From: Blochmannia endosymbiont of Camponotus modoc
GTDB taxonomy: Bacteria; Pseudomonadota; Gammaproteobacteria; Enterobacterales; Enterobacteriaceae
Assembly: GCF_023585785.1 (NCBI RefSeq)
Contig: NZ_CP097765.1
Coordinates: forward strand, 570,001-602,000
Length of the DNA stretch: 32,000 bases
Reading direction: 5' to 3'
A model generated the notes under the pieces. It did not search any database. It had not been told where the DNA came from and saw only the letters and a program-made list of their open reading frames with translations. The position numbers were made by a program, and so were the translations under genes. This document shows positions 12,273 through 20,859 of this stretch, piece after piece (the stretch's first letter is position 1; every line of letters begins with the position of its first letter).

Positions 12273-14171
12273 TTAGAATGTATTGTATCCTAATAAACCT
12301 TGTTTTTTTAACCAAACCAATAAATTAGAAATAGCTGCAGGAGTTATACCGGAAATGCGAGAAGCCTGTCCAATAGAATAAGGTTTATAATTATTAAGTT
12401 TATCGATAACCTCCTTAGATAATCCAGAAACAATATTGAAATCTATATCAGTCGGTAACAATGTATTTTCATTGTAAATATGTCTTTTTATTTCTTCTTG
12501 TTGATGACGAATATAACCTTCATATTTTATTTGAATTTCAATTTGCTCGAATACTTGACGATCCAATACAGATGGACTAAAAGTACTTAGTTGAGATAAC
12601 TTTGTGTAATTAATTTCTGGCCTTCTCAACAGATCTTCACCATTTGCTTCATGTGTTAACGGTGTTTTAAGAAAATTATTTAACTGTGCAACATCTGCAC
12701 TATACGGGGAAATATAAGTGTTACGTAATCTCTGACGTTCTTTTTCAATATTTTCTTTTTTGCAACAAAAAGCTTTCCACCGTGATTCATCTATCAAACC
12801 TAACTGCCGCGCGGTTTCGGTTAATCTTAAATCAGCATTATCCTCACGTAAAGACAGACGATATTCAGCACGCGAAGTAAACATACGATAAGGTTCTTCT
12901 GTTCCATGCGTACAAAGATCATCTACAAGCACCCCTAAATATGCCTGATCTCTTCTAGGATACCATCCTTCTTTATTTTTGGAAAATCTAGCTGCATTAA
13001 TTCCGGCTAATAATCCTTGGGCAGCTGCTTCTTCATAACCAGTAGTACCATTAATTTGACCAGAAAAAAACAATCCAGAAATAATTTTACTCTCTAATGT
13101 TAACTTTAAATCACGAGGATCAAAAAAATCGTATTCAATAGCATAACCCGGCCTAACTATATCAGCATTCTCTAATCCCTGGATTGATTTAATCATTTGC
13201 ATTTGCACACAAAAAGGTAAACTAGTAGAAATACCATTAAGATATACTTCAGGTGTTGTCAAACCTTCAGGTTCTAAAAAAATTTGATGAGCATTACGAT
13301 CTGAGAAACGAGTTATTTTGTCTTCTATAGATGGACAATATCGAGGTGCTATTCCTTTTATTAAACCTGTATACATAGGGCTCTGATGTAAATTTGATCT
13401 AATTATTTCGTGGGTTTTATTATTAGTATGGGTAATATAACAAGGCATCTGCGTAGGATGTAGTTTTGTAGATCCTATAAATGAAAACACAGGAATGGGA
13501 TCATCACTATATTGTGCGCATAAAGAATCAAAATTTATCCCTTTGGTATGCACACGAGGAGAAGTACCCGTTTTTAACCGACTAACTTGCAAAGATAACT
13601 CTTTCAATCGTTCTGATAACAATGACGATGACTCCGAATCTCCAGATCGACCTCCTCTAAAGTTATTCATCCCAATATGAATCTTGCCATTGAGAAAAGT
13701 TCCGGTTGTCAACACTACAGACGTACCACTAAATTTCATTCCTAATTTTGGAGTAATTACTCCAACAATCCTGTTCCTCCTAACTATTAAATCTTCTACT
13801 GATGCCTGAATAACCAACAAAAATTTTTGATATTCAAGAACATTACGTATTGCCCGTCGATATAATATTTTGTCTGCCTGAGCACGTGTTGCTCTAACAG
13901 CAGCTCCTTTGCTACTATTAAGTACTCTAAATTGAATTCCCGATTGATCGATAGCATAAGCCATCGATCCACCCATCGCATCAATTTCTTTCACTAAATG
14001 TCCTTTTCCTATACCACCAACGGCCGGATTACAAGACATCTGTCCAAGAGTATCAATATTATGAGTAATCAAAAGCGTATTGCATTGCATTCTAGCAGAA
14101 GCCAAAGCTGCTTCTGTCCCAGAATGGCCTCCTCCAACAACAATAACATCAAAATGAGTGGGATAGAACAT
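12273..14171 (-). CDS. mnmG: tRNA uridine-5-carboxymethylaminomethyl modification enzyme MnmG (GidA)
   Basis: The FAD-binding N-terminus is [22 protein letters not shown], followed by [29 protein letters not shown] Shine-Dalgarno sequence lies 7 nt before the ATG. Confidence 0.97.
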   Translation of the reverse strand: MFYPTHFDVIVVGGGHSGTEAALASARMQCNTLLITHNIDTLGQMSCNPAVGGIGKGHLVKEIDAMGGSMAYAIDQSGIQFRVLNSSKGAAVRATRAQADKILYRRAIRNVLEYQKFLLVIQASVEDLIVRRNRIVGVITPKLGMKFSGTSVVLTTGTFLNGKIHIGMNNFRGGRSGDSESSSLLSERLKELSLQVSRLKTGTSPRVHTKGINFDSLCAQYSDDPIPVFSFIGSTKLHPTQMPCYITHTNNKTHEIIRSNLHQSPMYTGLIKGIAPRYCPSIEDKITRFSDRNAHQIFLEPEGLTTPEVYLNGISTSLPFCVQMQMIKSIQGLENADIVRPGYAIEYDFFDPRDLKLTLESKIISGLFFSGQINGTTGYEEAAAQGLLAGINAARFSKNKEGWYPRRDQAYLGVLVDDLCTHGTEEPYRMFTSRAEYRLSLREDNADLRLTETARQLGLIDESRWKAFCCKKENIEKERQRLRNTYISPYSADVAQLNNFLKTPLTHEANGEDLLRRPEINYTKLSQLSTFSPSVLDRQVFEQIEIQIKYEGYIRHQQEEIKRHIYNENTLLPTDIDFNIVSGLSKEVIDKLNNYKPYSIGQASRISGITPAAISNLLVWLKKQGLLGYNTF

Positions 14172-14220
14172 ACATCAACCTCATCACATGACCAACACAA
14201 CTCCAACAAGAACGATCCCT

Positions 14221-14252
14221 AAAATAAAAATAGAAAGAAACTTTTTTGTTTC
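14221..14252 (-). terminator. weak hairpin plus U-rich tract between the GC island and the mnmG Shine-Dalgarno sequence (possible terminator or attenuator)
   Basis: The minus strand reads GAAAC-aaaaaa-GTTTC (14252..14237), followed by TTTCTATTTTTATTTT. The stem is only 5 bp. Confidence 0.2.
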
Positions 14253-14260
14253 AATTTAAT

Positions 14261-14392
14261 TCCACACCGCAACTACCAAACGAGAACCCGTCCACGCTGC
14301 GCAGCCGCGTTCGAAACAAGAACGCCTCGCCAACAACTCTTATGTACTTTGCTACACATATACGTGTATGGTCATGGCCGTTGGCCGAACAT
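14261..14392. other. GC-rich palindrome-dense island of unknown function (candidate structured RNA, mnmG leader or origin element)
   Basis: G+C is 70 of 130 nt over 14261-14390 and 33/50 (66%) over 14281-14330, against very AT-rich flanks. It contains the palindrome GCTGCGCAGC (14296-14305). It also contains three hairpins: GCGTTC-N7-GAACGC (14307-14325), TACAC-N6-GTGTA (14353-14368) and GGCC-gtt-GGCC (14376-14386). Confidence 0.5.
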
Positions 14393-14399
14393 TTTAACA

Positions 14400-14428
14400 A
14401 TTATATTTAAAAAAGTCGAAAAATTCAA
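14400..14428 (-). promoter_or_regulatory. candidate sigma70-type promoter reading toward the GC island and mnmG
   Basis: On the minus strand, TTGAAT (14428..14423) is followed by a 17-nt spacer and then a perfect TATAAT (14405..14400). The predicted start near 14393 is at the right edge of the GC island. Promoter-like hexamers are common in AT-rich DNA, so this call is tentative. Confidence 0.3.
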
Positions 14429-14794
14429 TGAAAAGAATAGATTAAATTATCTGTTTGTTAAAAATAATTTGAAAATAATATTGATTACTGTATGTGATTA
14501 GGATTGTATTATTGAGGATCGTTGTAGTAGTATGTAAAATTTAAAATAAAAATTTGGAAACAAGTTATTATTGTTTATTAATTTTTCTTAATAACTAAAC
14601 CGATGGAAACACTTGAATTAACATTTTAAGTTGTGTTACTATAGAAGATGGGTTCATTTTATTTAGATAGTAAATGCATGTGCGTTTACTATACCATTCC
14701 ATATTAAATAAACAAGTAGTTTTATGATCGGGATTAATATACAGTCATATGTTGTAGTTAAAGATTATGAAAAATTAATAATATTTTATATTAC

Positions 14795-14868
14795 AGGCTT
14801 GTAGCTCAGGCGGTTAGAGCGCACCCCTGATAAGGGTGAGGACGGTGGTTCAATTCCACTCAGGCCTA
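14795..14868 (+). tRNA. tRNA-Ile (anticodon GAU)
   Basis: AGGCTTGTAGCTCAGGCGGTTAGAGCGCACCCCTGATAAGGGTGAGGACGGTGGTTCAATTCCACTCAGGCCTA is nearly identical to E. coli tRNA-Ile(GAU). The cloverleaf arms all pair. The 3' flank is TCA, so CCA is not encoded. Confidence 0.95.
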
Positions 14869-15204
14869 TCATGAATTGTGATGTATGTAATTAATAGATC
14901 ATGAGAAATGTTCACTAGAATTTATATTCTATTTATGTTTGTATCTGCGTATATTTGATAAATCACTATAAACTATGCGTTAACTATGTTAAATATATGA
15001 TTTATAAATTATCCGTGATACTTGGATAGTGATTTTTATTTTTTGTATTTTACTAAATACGTGTTGAAAAAAAATTAATTTTATAATTATGGATTCCATC
15101 TTCATGAAGGATAGTGGGAATTTGTGATATGTATATAGGTAAAATAAACAATCTGAAACTAAATAGATTTAGAAGATACGTATACATATTAAGGTCACGA
15201 CATT

Positions 15205-16098
15205 ATGCCAATTCGGGTATTAAACAAATTGCCTGCGATAAAAATTTTACAGAATGAAGATGTTTTTGTTATGCAAAAATCACGCAATACTTTTAAAGAA
15301 CAAAGTTCTTTAAAAGTATTGATTCTTAATTTAATGCCAAAAAAAATTGAAACGGAAAATCAATTATTACGTTTGTTATCAAATTCTCCCTTACAAATTG
15401 ATATTCAATTATTGCGCATAGATGGTCATGTTCCTAAAAACACACCTGTTGAGCATTTAAACAACTTTTATTGTAGTTTTTTAGATATCCAATATAAAAA
15501 CTTCGATGGTTTGATCGTAACTGGTGCTCCTTTGGGATTAATTAATTTTGAAAATATAACCTTTTGGCCTCAAATTAAGCAATTATTTTTATGGGCACAA
15601 GAGCATATTAATTCGATATTATTTATTTGTTGGGCGGTACAGGCAGCTTTAAAAGTACTATACAATCTTCCTAAATTTACCCGGAAGCATAAATTAGTAG
15701 GAATTTACCAACATAATACTATAAGTTCACATGCACTTTTAACAAAAGGATTTGATGAAAAATTTTTAGCGCCTCACTCTCGTTATTCGGATTTTCCTAA
15801 AGATGTAATTTATCGGAACACAGATTTAGAAATTTTAGCAGAATCTGATGAAGCAGGTGCATATTTGCTTATTAGTCAAGACAAGCGTTTAATATTTATA
15901 ACTGGACATCCAGAATATGACGCGATGACTTTATCTCAGGAGTATTATAGAGATTTAAAATTAGGATTAAATCCGATGCTACCAGATCATTATTTTCCTC
16001 AAGACAATCCTAATTTAGTTCCTAAGATCAGTTGGAGAAGTCATGCGTATTTATTGTTTGCCAATTGGCTGAATCATTATGTACAAAAAATGTCATAA
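15205..16098 (+). CDS. metA: homoserine O-succinyltransferase
   Basis: The N-terminus is [49 protein letters not shown] is almost identical to E. coli MetA. Confidence 0.96.
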   Translation: MPIRVLNKLPAIKILQNEDVFVMQKSRNTFKEQSSLKVLILNLMPKKIETENQLLRLLSNSPLQIDIQLLRIDGHVPKNTPVEHLNNFYCSFLDIQYKNFDGLIVTGAPLGLINFENITFWPQIKQLFLWAQEHINSILFICWAVQAALKVLYNLPKFTRKHKLVGIYQHNTISSHALLTKGFDEKFLAPHSRYSDFPKDVIYRNTDLEILAESDEAGAYLLISQDKRLIFITGHPEYDAMTLSQEYYRDLKLGLNPMLPDHYFPQDNPNLVPKISWRSHAYLLFANWLNHYVQKMS

Positions 16099-16131
16099 AA
16101 CATTTAAGTTCTTTCTGAACAGATTGAGTGA

Positions 16132-16254
16132 AATGACAATAAACTATTATATTTATTTTGTAAAATTAATTTATGAAATATAAATCCAAAAAGTTATAAA
16201 TGTTTTAAAATTATATAATTTTCTCAAAACTACAGTTTTGTGTTTATTGTCATT
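16132..16254. repeat. 13-bp perfect inverted repeat (AATGACAATAAAC / GTTTATTGTCATT) bracketing 97 bp, just downstream of metA
   Basis: The arms are at 16132-16144 and 16242-16254, verified base by base. A nested small hairpin CAAAAC-taca-GTTTTG lies at 16225-16240. Confidence 0.7.
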
Positions 16255-16592
16255 GCGCATACAAAAGATTATGTATTTTTTGGTGTCTAGTTGAGATCGA
16301 TGATATTGATTGGTGTATAAAAATATATTTATACATAATCAAGAATTTTTTAATTTTCATAAATATGTGTAGATGTATACAATATTTCTAGAAAAATAAA
16401 TAGTAATTTCGTATATTTAGTTGTTTGTATAAATTTTCACCATATTTATATACGTGAGGTACGATAATTATACATATAAACCATCTACTACATCTATGTC
16501 GTAACTTGAACGAGTTATGGCGAGTTGAATAGTTTGTTTTAAATTTAATTCTGATTCACTTACTTTTGTGATAAAATATAAGAAGATGAATT

Positions 16593-18248
16593 GTGAAAAA
16601 TATAAATCCCATTAGTACACAAGCTTGGCAACACCTCAAACAACATTTTAACGATATGAAGAGCATATCAATTAACGATTTGTTCAATCAAGATAAATAT
16701 AGGTTTGCTCATTTCTCTAAAACATTTAATAATGAAATTTTAGTGGATTATTCAAAAAACTTAATCACGAACGAAACTATTATTAAACTAATATCTTTAG
16801 CTATTGAATGTGATCTGATAGAAGCCATTTCAGATATGTTTCATGGTGAAAAAATTAATCGCAGTGAAGATCGTGCTGCATTGCATATAGCTTTAAGAAA
16901 TATAAAAAATACACCAATTTTAGTAGATGGATCCAACGTAATGCCACAAATAAATGCAGTACTAAATAAAATGAAACAATTTTGTAATCGGGTTATTCAA
17001 GGTAATTGGACAGGTTACACGGATAAAATAATTACAGATATCGTTAATATAGGTATTGGAGGTTCCAATCTTGGGCCTTATATGGTAACTGAAGCATTAA
17101 AACCATATCGAAATCATTTAAATATGCATTTTGTTTCTAATATAGACGGCACGCATATTTTCGAGACATTAAAAAATTTAAATCCAGAAAATACACTATT
17201 TGTAATAGCGTCAAAAACTTTTACTACGCAAGAAACTATGACCAATGCGTTTAGTGCACGTAACTGGTTTTGTAAAGCTACTTCTAATGCACAACATGTG
17301 TCGAAGCATTTTATAGCATTATCCACAAATACCATAGAAGTGCGTAAATTTGGCATTGATCCATCAGAAAATATGTTTAAATTTTGGGATTGGGTAGGAG
17401 GGCGTTATTCATTGTGGTCATCAATTGGTTTACCGATAATGCTATCGGTGGGAGTAAGCAATTTTGAACTATTGCTAACTGGAGCTCATGACATGGATAT
17501 GCATTTTCATAATACACCGTTACATGAAAATCTACCAGTAATTCTAGCGCTGATTGGCATTTGGTACAATAATTTCTTTCAAGTAGAAACTGAAGCCATT
17601 TTTCCTTATGATCAATATATGCACCGTTTTACAGCATATTTACAACAAGTAAATATGGAATCTAACGGAAAATGTGTAGATCGCAATGGATGCCCTATTA
17701 TATATCAGACTGGTCCTATTATATGGGGAGAACCTGGAACTAATGGACAACATTCATTTTATCAATTGCTTCATCAAGGTACTAAAATGGTCCCATGTGA
17801 TTTTATCGCACCAGCAATTAGTCATAATCCTATGTCTGATCATCATGAAAAATTAATATCAAATTTTTTTGCTCAAACTAAAGCCTTGGCTTTTGGAAAT
17901 ACACGTTCAACAGAAATGCAAAAATATGTAAAATTTAAAAAAAATTACAAATATGAACAATGTGTGGTTCCTTTTAAGTTATGTAAAGGAAATAATCCTA
18001 GTAATTCTATTTTAGTCAAAAAAATTACTCCTTATACTTTAGGGGCTTTGATTGCTTTATATGAACATAAAATATTTACGCAAGGTATTATTTTCAATAT
18101 TTATACTTTTGATCAATGGGGGGTGGAATTAGGAAAACAATTGGCTGACAGTATTTTACCAGAATTAAAATATGAAAATATGATTTCTAAAAATCATGAC
18201 AGTTCAACTTATGGTTTAATAGATTGTTACAAATCTTGGCGTAGTTAA
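16593..18248 (+). CDS. pgi: glucose-6-phosphate isomerase
   Basis: A GTG start gives [12 protein letters not shown], matching E. coli MKNINPTQTAAW. The conserved blocks [29 protein letters not shown] and [14 protein letters not shown] are present. Confidence 0.96.
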   Translation: MKNINPISTQAWQHLKQHFNDMKSISINDLFNQDKYRFAHFSKTFNNEILVDYSKNLITNETIIKLISLAIECDLIEAISDMFHGEKINRSEDRAALHIALRNIKNTPILVDGSNVMPQINAVLNKMKQFCNRVIQGNWTGYTDKIITDIVNIGIGGSNLGPYMVTEALKPYRNHLNMHFVSNIDGTHIFETLKNLNPENTLFVIASKTFTTQETMTNAFSARNWFCKATSNAQHVSKHFIALSTNTIEVRKFGIDPSENMFKFWDWVGGRYSLWSSIGLPIMLSVGVSNFELLLTGAHDMDMHFHNTPLHENLPVILALIGIWYNNFFQVETEAIFPYDQYMHRFTAYLQQVNMESNGKCVDRNGCPIIYQTGPIIWGEPGTNGQHSFYQLLHQGTKMVPCDFIAPAISHNPMSDHHEKLISNFFAQTKALAFGNTRSTEMQKYVKFKKNYKYEQCVVPFKLCKGNNPSNSILVKKITPYTLGALIALYEHKIFTQGIIFNIYTFDQWGVELGKQLADSILPELKYENMISKNHDSSTYGLIDCYKSWRS

Positions 18249-18264
18249 TGCGATTCTTTGATGT

Positions 18265-18287
18265 ATAAAACCACATCTAATTGTGGT
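18265..18287 (-). terminator. candidate weak terminator hairpin between the convergent pgi and rsmD genes
   Basis: The + strand has ACCACA-tctaat-TGTGGT at 18270-18287. On the minus strand the hairpin is followed by TTTATA, which is only a short U run. Confidence 0.3.
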
Positions 18288-18339
18288 AGACGTGTGAAAT
18301 AATATGTTTTAAGTAGTGTTTTTATTATATTCAAATATT

Positions 18340-18927
18340 CTATGATCTTCTCAAAAAAAGATAATACATGACATTCCGAGTAATTTTTTTGTGATATAAA
18401 ACCCAATAATTCGGAATGATACTAGTATTAAGAATATTTATTTTTTTTGAAGTTTCTATATAAATCCAAGATTCTTTTTGCAATAGATTATGTCTTTCTA
18501 ATAAAAAAATAACTTCAGGTATAATATTGTCTTGAAAAGGAGGATCAAGAAAGATGACATTATAAGTCGTAGTTGATTGTTGTAACCAAGAACGACAATC
18601 AGTATATATTATCTCACTGTTATATGCTGAAAAAGACTGCATTACTTTCATCAATGCGATAATACAAATATGATTATTATCTAAAAAAGTTACTTTGCTA
18701 GCTCCTCTAGACAATGATTCTAGACCTAATGCACCGCTTCCAGCAAAACAATCTAAACACGCCGCTTTAGAAATAATAGGATCAAGCCAACTAAATAATA
18801 TTTCACGCATGCGATTAGTAGTTGGACGTATCTTAGAATGCCGAGTAATTGGTATGTTTCTTCCCTTCCATTTACCGCCGATAATCTTAATTTTTCTGGA
18901 TACACCTAAATGTAGTTTATTTTTCAT
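18340..18927 (-). CDS. rsmD: 16S rRNA (guanine966-N2)-methyltransferase RsmD (YhhF)
   Basis: IIGGKWKGRNIPI..IRPTTNRMREILFSWL..CLDCFAGSGALGLESLSRGA and the DPPF motif are colinear with E. coli RsmD. It is divergent from ftsY, as in E. coli. Confidence 0.9.
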   Translation of the reverse strand: MKNKLHLGVSRKIKIIGGKWKGRNIPITRHSKIRPTTNRMREILFSWLDPIISKAACLDCFAGSGALGLESLSRGASKVTFLDNNHICIIALMKVMQSFSAYNSEIIYTDCRSWLQQSTTTYNVIFLDPPFQDNIIPEVIFLLERHNLLQKESWIYIETSKKINILNTSIIPNYWVLYHKKITRNVMYYLFLRRS

Positions 18928-19186
18928 ACATCCATTATATTTCTATATATGAAAATAATAATTCACAGGATATTTTTGTCTTTTGATATGAAAAGATTTT
19001 TATTATAAGCCATGAATCATCAATTTGTTTTATGTTGTATAAATCTAATTACTTGTACATAAACTATAGAAGTGTAAGAATTATAGTTTCTAATATTTCA
19101 TATATCTACAACCCATTTATTTTTTGTTATACTTTTCATTAGTTGTATTTGCGTCATGCAATTATGTGTAGTGTATTACATATAAA

Positions 19187-19217
19187 TATTTTGTATTTTT
19201 GAAAAAAATACAAAATA
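19187..19217. repeat. 31-nt perfect hairpin/palindrome (14-bp stem, 3-nt loop) in the rsmD-ftsY divergent spacer
   Basis: The sequence is TATTTTGTATTTTT-gaa-AAAAATACAAAATA. All 14 pairs (19187/19217 through 19200/19204) were checked individually. Confidence 0.75.
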
Positions 19218-19322
19218 AACAATATCAATGAAAATTGATTAATAAAGTACGTAATAAAGAACATAAAAATAAATAAAAAATAACATCGTATATGTTAATG
19301 ATAATTATGAGGTTAAATATAT

Positions 19323-20249
19323 ATGAATCGTGCATATAATTTATTTAATAAGCTGAAACAAAGTTTGTTGAATACTCGAAAAAAATTGGGTGATAACATA
19401 ATAGAGTTAATTCGCGATAAAAGAATTGATACTGTTATATTAGATAAAATTAAGAATCAATTATTAATCGCAGACATAAACATACATACTACCCAAAAAA
19501 TCATTAATAATTTGAGAAATTATATTAGTTTTAATACTAACTGTAATGAACAATCTTTTCACGATGCATTACGTAACGAAATGTTAAAAATAGTCACACG
19601 TATCGACAAACCATTATTTTTACAAGAAAAAAAACCATTTATTATATTAATGGTAGGGGTTAATGGTGTTGGAAAGACTACTACTATTGGAAAATTAGCA
19701 CATTATTACCGATTAAAGAATAAAACTGTAATGCTAGCAGCAGGGGATACTTGTAGAGCCGCAGCTGCAGATCAGTTAGAAATTTTGGGAAAACGTAGTG
19801 GTTGCACCGCAGTCATCACAAAAAATACCACCTCCGATTCTGCTTCAATAGTTTTTGATGCTGTTAAAATAGCTAAAATAAAATCTGTTGATTTACTTAT
19901 TATAGACACCGCAGGTAGATTACAAAATAAAATATATGCTATGGAAGAACTAAAAAAAATTATTAGAGTAATAACAAAAATTGATGCAGAGGCGCCTCAT
20001 GAAACCATGTTAGTTCTTGATGCCAATATCGGACAAAATTCTATAAATCAAGTACGCATGTTCAATGAAGCTATTAAAATTACAGGAATAGTTATGACCA
20101 AATTAGACGGTAGTGCTAAAGGAGGAACTCTTTTATCTATTGCTGATCATTTTTCAATACCAATACGATATATTGGAATAGGGCAAAATATTGATGATTT
20201 ACAATCATTTAAATCACACAATTTTGTTGAAGCTATTTTAAAAGAGTAA
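19323..20249 (+). CDS. ftsY: signal recognition particle receptor FtsY (NG domain only)
   Basis: The motifs GVNGVGKTTTIGKLA, DTAGRLQNK and TKLDGSAKGG are present. The N-terminus LFNKLKQSLLNTRKKLG aligns to the start of the E. coli N domain. A GAGG lies 10 nt upstream of the ATG. Confidence 0.95.
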   Translation: MNRAYNLFNKLKQSLLNTRKKLGDNIIELIRDKRIDTVILDKIKNQLLIADINIHTTQKIINNLRNYISFNTNCNEQSFHDALRNEMLKIVTRIDKPLFLQEKKPFIILMVGVNGVGKTTTIGKLAHYYRLKNKTVMLAAGDTCRAAAADQLEILGKRSGCTAVITKNTTSDSASIVFDAVKIAKIKSVDLLIIDTAGRLQNKIYAMEELKKIIRVITKIDAEAPHETMLVLDANIGQNSINQVRMFNEAIKITGIVMTKLDGSAKGGTLLSIADHFSIPIRYIGIGQNIDDLQSFKSHNFVEAILKE

Positions 20250-20859
20250 ATTCAATAAAAAACACTACTTATAATTTATATGGGTGTTTTGTAAAAATAA
20301 GATTATTAGTCTGAATAGCAAAAAAAAATATTTTTATAAATAATTATTGAAAATAATGTTATTAATCTTTATGATGCCTTCGGAGGATTTTAATTAAAAG
20401 AGATTAAAGTTTAAATAATTAAAATAGTATTTATGATTTATTGAAGTAAAAAATTCATAAAACAAAAAATATTAATTAAAAAATAAAATTTACAAATAGT
20501 ATATAGATTGACAACAACAAGCAAATCGACCGAATCTGTCGGTATCTGTATATTCTAGATATAATCCACGCATCATTAATGTTCACTTGATATTCAGATT
20601 GTACCAAAATTATCTATGAAGTATTTGATGTTATTAAGGATAATGATTAGTTATAATAGGTAATTTATGATATATTATATATAATTAGAATTAGCAATAA
20701 AATCAATGATGATTATGTTAATAATAAACACTATATAAGTGTTATACATTATTCTATTGTTGATACAAAATTTTTTACAATGGTTCTGATGCAATTGCAT
20801 GCAGACACAATGATGTACCCATAATTATCTGCGTATACATGGTTATTTTAGGAGAATAA

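Larger units (their letters stand above)
14172..14794. other. putative chromosomal replication-origin spacer (mnmG-proximal, strand-bias switch)
   Basis: Gene orientation diverges around this spacer: minus-strand genes lie to the left and plus-strand genes to the right. + strand counts are 21 C vs 6 G over 14172-14260, but 34 G vs 14 C over 14401-14640. In E. coli, oriC lies beside gidA. I saw no TTATCCACA-type DnaA boxes. Confidence 0.4.

Noticed and set aside
13998-14222. A 74-aa + strand ORF spanning the mnmG start and its leader.
   Set aside because: It is antisense to the conserved mnmG N-terminus and its product is low-complexity. It is not credible.
14234-14410. An open + strand frame running through the GC island (possible TTG at 14246, ATG at 14342).
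   Set aside because: It has no ATG with a Shine-Dalgarno sequence at its 5' end. Its GC-rich codons (CCG, ACG, CTG, CGC) are completely unlike the genome's usage, and the peptide is unrecognisable. The open frame is more likely a by-product of GC-rich sequence lacking stop codons. I cannot fully exclude a small protein.
14751-14794. Promoter-like hexamers upstream of tRNA-Ile, and generic -35/-10 look-alikes in other spacers.
   Set aside because: TATAAT-like strings are ubiquitous at this AT content, and none had a convincing -35 at 16-18 bp. Only the TTGAAT-17-TATAAT pair at 14400-14428 was kept, at low confidence.
15009-15028. An inverted TTATCC-N9-GGATA, resembling facing DnaA-box halves, upstream of metA. 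A CTTCATGAAG palindrome lies at 15100-15109.
   Set aside because: Each half matches the TTATCCACA consensus at only 6 of 9 positions. The repeats are 5 bp and 10 bp, within chance expectation.
20789-20800. A 12-bp perfect palindrome ATGCAATTGCAT about 60 bp upstream of rpoH.
   Set aside because: Six matched pairs are expected by chance roughly once per few hundred bp of spacer, so this is not significant alone.
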